Origin: a virus
Taxonomy: Duplodnaviria; Caudoviricetes
Reading direction: 5' to 3' (one strand)
Virus record (IMG/VR): IMGVR_UViG_3300032020_000004
Span: 1 to 58,378 of that record
DNA length: 58,378 bases
Below, piece by piece: positions 53,279-58,378 of the stretch (the stretch's first letter is position 1; the number at the start of each line of letters is the position of its first letter). Under the pieces are notes generated by a model. That model saw only the letters and a list, made by a program, of their open reading frames with translations. It had not been told where the DNA came from and ran no database searches. The position numbers and the translations under genes are program-made.

Positions 53279-53719
53279 ATGGGCAAACAGGCAAAGCTCA
53301 AAGCAGATAGGCGTGCAGTGCGGGATGCGGAGAAGCTGAAAGGCTGGAAGATAGATATAAGGCCGTATGAGGTCAGAGTTATGGATGTTGACGAGAAGGG
53401 TCAGGTTAGAATGAAAGGCGGTAAGCCTGTCTGGACAACTGATGAGTTTGATGTCCAGGGGTCGCTGGCCGATATTATTTTCAACCGAGACCTGAACCTG
53501 AAACCGGCTGAGGCATTTGAGGCCTACGACCTATCAAAGAAAATAAAGTCAGCCAAGATGCATGTTGTACTGGACAGCAAGGAAATGGCTATGGTTAGAA
53601 GAGCATACGATTCTCTCAAAGGTATTGGTGAGAATATGGTGCCGTTCCTTATGCGAATCCGGGATGCCGAGGAAATCCAGCTGGCGGAGGTGAAAGGTGA
53701 GACTGATAATAAAGCCTAG
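53279..53719 (+). CDS. Hypothetical protein
   Basis: AAGGAGG RBS before the ATG at 53279. Confidence 0.7.
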   Translation: MGKQAKLKADRRAVRDAEKLKGWKIDIRPYEVRVMDVDEKGQVRMKGGKPVWTTDEFDVQGSLADIIFNRDLNLKPAEAFEAYDLSKKIKSAKMHVVLDSKEMAMVRRAYDSLKGIGENMVPFLMRIRDAEEIQLAEVKGETDNKA

Positions 53720-53897
53720 CCGGAAAAGTGGTGAAAGGGATACTGTTTTTACGACTGAATATGGCGGCGTGAAGTATTCTGTTGGTCCACAGCCGGCGCA
53801 GGTCCCGGATGATGTCGGGCGCTATCTGTTGACTTCGTTCTCGGCACTTATTGAGTTGGCGGAGGAGCCGGCTAAGAAGTCCAAGAAAGATAAGTAG
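53697..53897 (+). CDS. Small hypothetical protein
   Basis: QVPDDVGRYLL motif. Confidence 0.6.
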   Translation: MRLIIKPSRKSGERDTVFTTEYGGVKYSVGPQPAQVPDDVGRYLLTSFSALIELAEEPAKKSKKDK

Positions 53898-53913
53898 GTG
53901 GAGGAGGTGTAGC

Positions 53914-54270
53914 ATGAAACAAGTCAGACGGGAAATGTCTGCCGTCAGCGTAATCTCAGCGCTGATAGATTTTTCTGAAGAAGATGACCTTTCAGCCGCT
54001 GTTGATATTGGCAGCTTTATGGTCGTTGGTTTACTGATACCCACGATTGATAGTGGCAATGTAACGTTTCTGGTGTGTGATACTCTCGCTGGGACGTACC
54101 AAGACCTGAAGAAAAGCGATGCCTCTGCAGTTAGCATTACCGCTGGCACAGGTAATTTCGCAGTCAGTGCTGATGACCTGACGCCCTTGGCAGCGTTTCG
54201 ATTTATAAAAGTAAAGACGGCAGTCGCTCAAACAGAGGACCGCACTTTCAAGTTTATTGTGAAGATGTGA
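53914..54270 (+). CDS. Putative virion beta-sandwich protein
   Basis: LSAAVDI...GLLIP...VTF...RFIKV...Q..DRTF. Confidence 0.65.
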   Translation: MKQVRREMSAVSVISALIDFSEEDDLSAAVDIGSFMVVGLLIPTIDSGNVTFLVCDTLAGTYQDLKKSDASAVSITAGTGNFAVSADDLTPLAAFRFIKVKTAVAQTEDRTFKFIVKM

Positions 54271-54278
54271 GGAGTAAC

Positions 54279-54470
54279 ATGAAAAGCTGGTTCAAGTGTC
54301 CTAAGTGTGGGATGGAGTGGGGCTTCCCTGACTTGACAGTAGAGCAGGCTTGTCTTGAACGTAGAGACAGGTGCCCAAGGTGCGGAACGGTTGCTGCTCC
54401 TGTTGGTGAAGTTACAGCTCCTCCTGTTAAAAAATCATTGGTTGGGAGGTTGATACATGGCAGGAAGTAA
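54279..54470 (+). CDS. Small Zn-ribbon protein
   Basis: CPKCG...CPRCG. Confidence 0.6.
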   Translation: MKSWFKCPKCGMEWGFPDLTVEQACLERRDRCPRCGTVAAPVGEVTAPPVKKSLVGRLIHGRK

Positions 54471-54861
54471 ATCAGATTATTTAGAGAATGAATTACTTGA
54501 CCACGTGCTAGGAGGTGCCGATTGGGCAAGGCCCGCTACGGTTTATATTGCCCTTTATACTGTAGCACCAACTGACGCTGGTGGTGGTACAGAGGTATCT
54601 GGCGGTGCTTATGAAAGAAAAGCCGTCACCAATAATGCTACTAACTTTCCAGCAGCATCCGGTGGAGCAAAGTCCAATGGCGCTGAGATTGTCTTCATAG
54701 AGGCAACGGCGTCTTGGGGAACTGTAGTAGCTTTTGGTATCTTTGATGCTATTACTGGTGGTAACCTGCTCTACTGGGCAGATTTGACCACTCCCAAGGC
54801 AATAGGTAGTGGCGATACACCCAAGTTTGCAGTTGGTGATTTAGACTTAACTGAGGATTAG
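54457..54861 (+). CDS. Conserved small tail-fibre-associated virion protein
   Basis: SDYLENELLDH, YIALYT..P.DAGGGTEVSGGAY.R and FDA.TGGNLL motifs. Confidence 0.85.
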   Translation: MAGSKSDYLENELLDHVLGGADWARPATVYIALYTVAPTDAGGGTEVSGGAYERKAVTNNATNFPAASGGAKSNGAEIVFIEATASWGTVVAFGIFDAITGGNLLYWADLTTPKAIGSGDTPKFAVGDLDLTED

Positions 54862-54870
54862 GAGTAACTA

Positions 54871-56394
54871 GTGGCTACAACCTGGTATTTCCGTAATACT
54901 AGTGCCTCTGGCAATATGCCAACTGGGGAATTAAGCACAGATACTGACAATGTTCCCACACTCCCTGCTGATAAGAACACAGTGCTGAATATGTTGGCAA
55001 CTAAGGGAGCATCACAGTTTACAAAGCTCCAAGCTCTGTCATATTCTGTTGCCTACTATACTATGATTAGGCTGTTTATCAGTCCTCCTTTAGCTGCTCA
55101 GACACTGGCAGGTGGACAAGCAGGTTTCAAAGTTGGTATAGGCACTAAGGAAAGTTCTGTTAGTATGAACCAGTTCCGCAGAACTTTTGTCTACATCTGG
55201 AGGCAGGGTTCTGGGAATGTCAAAACTATCTTAGTTCCAACTCAGTGCGGCACAGAACATACTACTGCAGAAAGGGGTTGTGTTATTACTGCCGCTGGAG
55301 CCGCAGGGGATTTCTCCATCCTGAATGGAGATAGGATAGTTGTTGAAATCTGGGTATATTGTAATTCAACTACTAGTTATAGCTCTTCAACCTACTACGA
55401 TGGCACAACTGATGTAGTAGAGGCAAGCACAACTTCAGATGCCTGCGGATTCTTCTATTCTCCTCAGACACTAACATTATACCAAGTGCCTCTGGCAGGT
55501 GTAGTCAACGGTATTACTAGTGTAGCAGGAATGATTAAGCCTTCCAGACGAGTGGTAGGAGTTGCAGTTGGTGTATCAGCCGTATCTGGAGTAGCGAAGG
55601 CTTCCAGAAAACTTGCCGGAGTCGTAACTTGTTTAGGAACTGCCGCTGGTCTAGCGAAGACCACCCGGCGAATAGCAGGCTTAGCTTCTGGTGAAGCCAC
55701 TGCTATAGGTTCGCTTACTGTAACTCTGCCTGAGATTCTCCTAGCTGGAGTAGTCAGTGGAGTTGCTTCGGCTGTAGGAACAATCAGATGTCTCAGACCC
55801 GTTGCTGGATTGAGCATGGGATTAGCTAATGTATCTGGTGGAGTCAAGATGGCAAGGAAGGTTTCAGGTACGGTAGCTGGCACTGGACAGGTTTCAGGAC
55901 TGGTCAGAGTTAGTCAAAGGTTGGTGGGTGCTATATCAGGTATGGCTAGTGTATCTGGAATTGTAAAGGCTTCCCGAAAGTTAGCAGGTGCTATAGCCGG
56001 CATGGCAAGCACCACAGGACTAGCAAAGGTCAGCAGGAACCTGTCCGGTTTAAGTGCTGGCTTAGCTGCCGTATCTGGGGTGGCAAAGGTAAACCGCGGG
56101 GTAGCCGGGGCCGTAGTTGGCGTTGCTAGTGTTTCAGGTTTAGCAAAGGTCAATCGTGCCCTGGCGGGTGCTGTTGCTGGCGCCGCTGCCGTCTTCGGTG
56201 AGGCAAAAGTGGTGAGTAGACTAGCTGGTTTTGTTTCCGGCGTAGTTTCAGTATCCGGACAGTTGAGGACAGGTGTTTTTGAATACCTGGCTGGAATCGT
56301 TAGCGGTGAGAGCTCAATTACAGGTAATTTGACTGTTGAGCAGATCGTGAGTGGTTCTGCTAGGAAGCTCAGATGGATACTTCTAAGGGGATGA
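54871..56394 (+). CDS. Virion protein: globular N-domain plus ~14 x 20-aa Gly/Ala/Arg repeats
   Basis: Repeat RxLAGxxxGxAxVSGxxKxS. Confidence 0.75.
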   Translation: MATTWYFRNTSASGNMPTGELSTDTDNVPTLPADKNTVLNMLATKGASQFTKLQALSYSVAYYTMIRLFISPPLAAQTLAGGQAGFKVGIGTKESSVSMNQFRRTFVYIWRQGSGNVKTILVPTQCGTEHTTAERGCVITAAGAAGDFSILNGDRIVVEIWVYCNSTTSYSSSTYYDGTTDVVEASTTSDACGFFYSPQTLTLYQVPLAGVVNGITSVAGMIKPSRRVVGVAVGVSAVSGVAKASRKLAGVVTCLGTAAGLAKTTRRIAGLASGEATAIGSLTVTLPEILLAGVVSGVASAVGTIRCLRPVAGLSMGLANVSGGVKMARKVSGTVAGTGQVSGLVRVSQRLVGAISGMASVSGIVKASRKLAGAIAGMASTTGLAKVSRNLSGLSAGLAAVSGVAKVNRGVAGAVVGVASVSGLAKVNRALAGAVAGAAAVFGEAKVVSRLAGFVSGVVSVSGQLRTGVFEYLAGIVSGESSITGNLTVEQIVSGSARKLRWILLRG

Positions 56395-56425
56395 GAAATG
56401 GCAGTTAGTACAAAGGAGGAGGATT

Positions 56426-56830
56426 ATGGCGAATGCACTTTACGACCATGGTAGAGAGGGATTTCTTGATGGCAGTATCGATTGGGACACGGACGATATT
56501 AAGTTCGTGTTTACAGACCACACCGATGATACGCCGAACCCAGCGACTGATGATATGCTGAACGATATTTCGGCTGGCACCGTAGCGACCAGCGGCAATC
56601 TCGCCAGCAAGACTGTCACCCTTGGCGTGGCAGATGCTGCTAATACGACAGTCAGCACAGTGACTGGAGATGCGTTTGATAGCATCAGCTTATACAAGGA
56701 CACTACTGACCCTGCAACGTCCCGGCTGATTGCCTATATTGATGATGCTACTGGTCTGCCCTGCACGCCGAACGGCGGCGATATCACTGTCCAGTGGGAC
56801 GACGGTGCCAATAAAATCTTCAAGCTGTAG
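56426..56830 (+). CDS. Conserved small virion protein
   Basis: MANALYD.GRE.FL.G.IDW..D.IK and TPNGGDITVQWD.GANKIFKL motifs. Confidence 0.85.
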   Translation: MANALYDHGREGFLDGSIDWDTDDIKFVFTDHTDDTPNPATDDMLNDISAGTVATSGNLASKTVTLGVADAANTTVSTVTGDAFDSISLYKDTTDPATSRLIAYIDDATGLPCTPNGGDITVQWDDGANKIFKL

Positions 56831-56839
56831 AGGAGTCTT

Positions 56840-57244
56840 ATGGTTAGTGTATTTGTGCCGAAGATAAAACAGGTTACTGTGTCCCGGGACGGCTCTGATG
56901 TTGTGCTTGTAGTAAATGGGCAAAGGGTTACTGAGTTGCCCTGGGATGCAGCCTTGCTGGTGGCTAAAGCAATCATAATTCAGGCTAGGCGGATAGAGGA
57001 GCAGGTGAAGGCTCCGCAGACAGTGATAGACCAAGCAATCCTGATGAGGAAGGGTATTCCTTTGGGCCTGACCAGTAACCCGAAAATCATAGATGAAGCC
57101 AAGAAGGAAGCCGGTTTCAATAGCAAGTTAAGGAGATATATTCCGGGCACGATAGAATCGAGGGAAATCTTTGGTAAGCCAGTATTGATTAAGCATAAAC
57201 CAAAACAGGAGGAAGCAGATGGATTACGAGAAAATGACCGCTGA
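56840..57244 (+). CDS. Hypothetical protein ending in one PxxIxSxExFG repeat
   Basis: AGGAG RBS; IPGTIESREIFGKP. Confidence 0.7.
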   Translation: MVSVFVPKIKQVTVSRDGSDVVLVVNGQRVTELPWDAALLVAKAIIIQARRIEEQVKAPQTVIDQAILMRKGIPLGLTSNPKIIDEAKKEAGFNSKLRRYIPGTIESREIFGKPVLIKHKPKQEEADGLRENDR

Positions 57245-57452
57245 ACAGCTGGAGAAAGAGAATAAGAAGCTGATGACCCTGATAGCTGGAATCAGGGCGA
57301 AGAAGAAGCAGATAGCTGATATTTTGAACCAGCGAGCTGCCGAGGCTAAGGTAGCCGGTATGTCCGACAGCGAGAGGGCAGCATTGGCCCGCGTGCTCCA
57401 GCCGAAAGGCATAGGGTCGGCTGAAGCGGTAGGTAAACCGGGCACTTCATAG
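57219..57452 (+). CDS. Coiled-coil protein ending in one PxGIxSxEAxG repeat
   Basis: AGGAGG RBS; QPKGIGSAEAVGKP. Confidence 0.7.
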   Translation: MDYEKMTAEQLEKENKKLMTLIAGIRAKKKQIADILNQRAAEAKVAGMSDSERAALARVLQPKGIGSAEAVGKPGTS

Positions 57453-57476
57453 AGTTAGGGGAGAGAAGGGGCGCCA

Positions 57477-58378
57477 ATGGCTACTACTTTTAATGTAGTT
57501 GTAAACCTTGCCAAATCTACTTTGGCTTCTGGCATAGATGATGATGACTTAGCTTTAGACGTTGCTGCTGGAGAAGGAGCTAAGTTTCCATCTACCTACC
57601 CTTTCAATCTTAGTCTCGATACTGAAGCTCTGAGGGAGATTGTTAAGGTTACTAATCGTAGCACTGATACCTGTACAATCGTCAGGGCACAGGAGGGAAC
57701 GGCAGCGATTGCCCACTCAGCAGGAGTGAGGGTAGCCCTCGATGTTACAGCTAAACAAGTTACCGATTTGAACAGTGCTGTAAATACACTTGAAGGGCTA
57801 AGTTGGGGGCTGGCTATCTTTGGTGATGGCAGCGATGGCGATGTAACTATCTCTGCTGATACTCCCCTCACTAAAGATATGTTCTACAATGACCTCACGG
57901 TAAATGCTACCAAGATTTTAGATACTGCTGGCTATAGGATATTCGTCAAGGGAACATTAACCAATAACGGGACTATTAGTCGTAAGGGAAATGATGCTGT
58001 TTCTTATACTGCGGGAGCAGCCTTAAGTGCTGGTACCTTAGGTGGTAGCACCGCTGGTGGAGGTGGCGGTACTTCCAGAGGCGCTGGTGGAGGTGGGGCA
58101 GGAGTCTTATTTATTGCTGCCAAGGTAATAGTCAACAATGGCACGATAACTTGCGCTGGAGGCAACGGTGGTAATGCTCCAGGACCAGGAGGAAGTGCCG
58201 TTGCGGGAACTAGTGGCACTAACGCAATTATTTCCATAGGTGCTGCTGGTGGTGCTGGTGGTGCAAGCGAAGGAACAGCTGGTGGTGCTGGTGGCACTGT
58301 AACCGCTCCAGGGACAACACAACTTGGCGGCTGGAGAGCTCTTCCTTCTTTAGCCTCACTCAGGAGTGAAATTGCCAC
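57477..58378 (+). CDS. Virion fibre-like protein, C-terminus variant B (Gly-rich; runs off the window; absent from the ORF track)
   Basis: MATTFNVVVNLAKSTLASGI...EIVKVT...IVRAQEGT, then FGDGSDGDVTI...GYRIFVKGTL...GGGGAG with no stop. Confidence 0.85.
   Translation, partial: MATTFNVVVNLAKSTLASGIDDDDLALDVAAGEGAKFPSTYPFNLSLDTEALREIVKVTNRSTDTCTIVRAQEGTAAIAHSAGVRVALDVTAKQVTDLNSAVNTLEGLSWGLAIFGDGSDGDVTISADTPLTKDMFYNDLTVNATKILDTAGYRIFVKGTLTNNGTISRKGNDAVSYTAGAALSAGTLGGSTAGGGGGTSRGAGGGGAGVLFIAAKVIVNNGTITCAGGNGGNAPGPGGSAVAGTSGTNAIISIGAAGGAGGASEGTAGGAGGTVTAPGTTQLGGWRALPSLASLRSEIA
57670..57796. repeat. 127-bp exact direct repeat, copy 2
   Basis: Identical to 1-127. Confidence 0.97.

Noticed and set aside
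57477-58378. Diversity-generating retroelement or invertase shufflon behind the fibre variation
   Set aside because: No reverse transcriptase, no adenine-specific TR/VR pair, no recombinase and no inverted cassettes were seen.
1-58378. tRNA/tmRNA genes, group I/II introns and stop-codon recoding
   Set aside because: No cloverleaf or intron core was seen by eye; endonuclease genes abut their neighbours with no room for ribozyme cores; core genes are intact under the standard code.

Overview
The window is an apparently complete tailed-phage genome of siphovirus type, about 57.67 kb when circularised. Every gene I can support lies on the + strand. Bases 1-127 recur exactly at 57670-57796, and the last ~580 bp then encode a second, alternative C-terminus for a fibre-like virion protein. 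Gene order: tail and fibre genes (1-13 kb); holin-like membrane proteins; an early region with replication initiator and iterons, DnaC-like loader, beta-clamp, ParB-like proteins, peptide deformylase and many small Zn-finger proteins (14-32 kb); then DegT aminotransferase, C1 protease, PAPS-reductase-like protein and DNA methyltransferase (32.6-40.8 kb); terminase with a class 3 intein, portal-MuF fusion, protease/scaffold, capsid and accessory virion proteins (41-58 kb). It carries about ten free-standing nuclease or homing-endonuclease genes. I found no integrase, canonical endolysin, tRNA or CRISPR array. Sigma70 promoters, AGGAGG ribosome-binding sites and a deformylase indicate a bacterial host; Dehalococcoidia/Chloroflexota is a tentative inference. 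Best candidates for novel biology: (1) two homologous promoter-leader-terminator RNAs in front of late operons, one next to a Mu Com-like Zn-ribbon gene, suggesting Com-type RNA-binding antitermination; (2) a dispersed 16-bp palindrome GTTGTAGCGCTACAAC (operator or parS-like); (3) a repeat-delimited gene-cassette array at 38.4-39.7 kb; (4) switchable fibre C-termini. All calls come from motif recognition by eye; no database searches were run.
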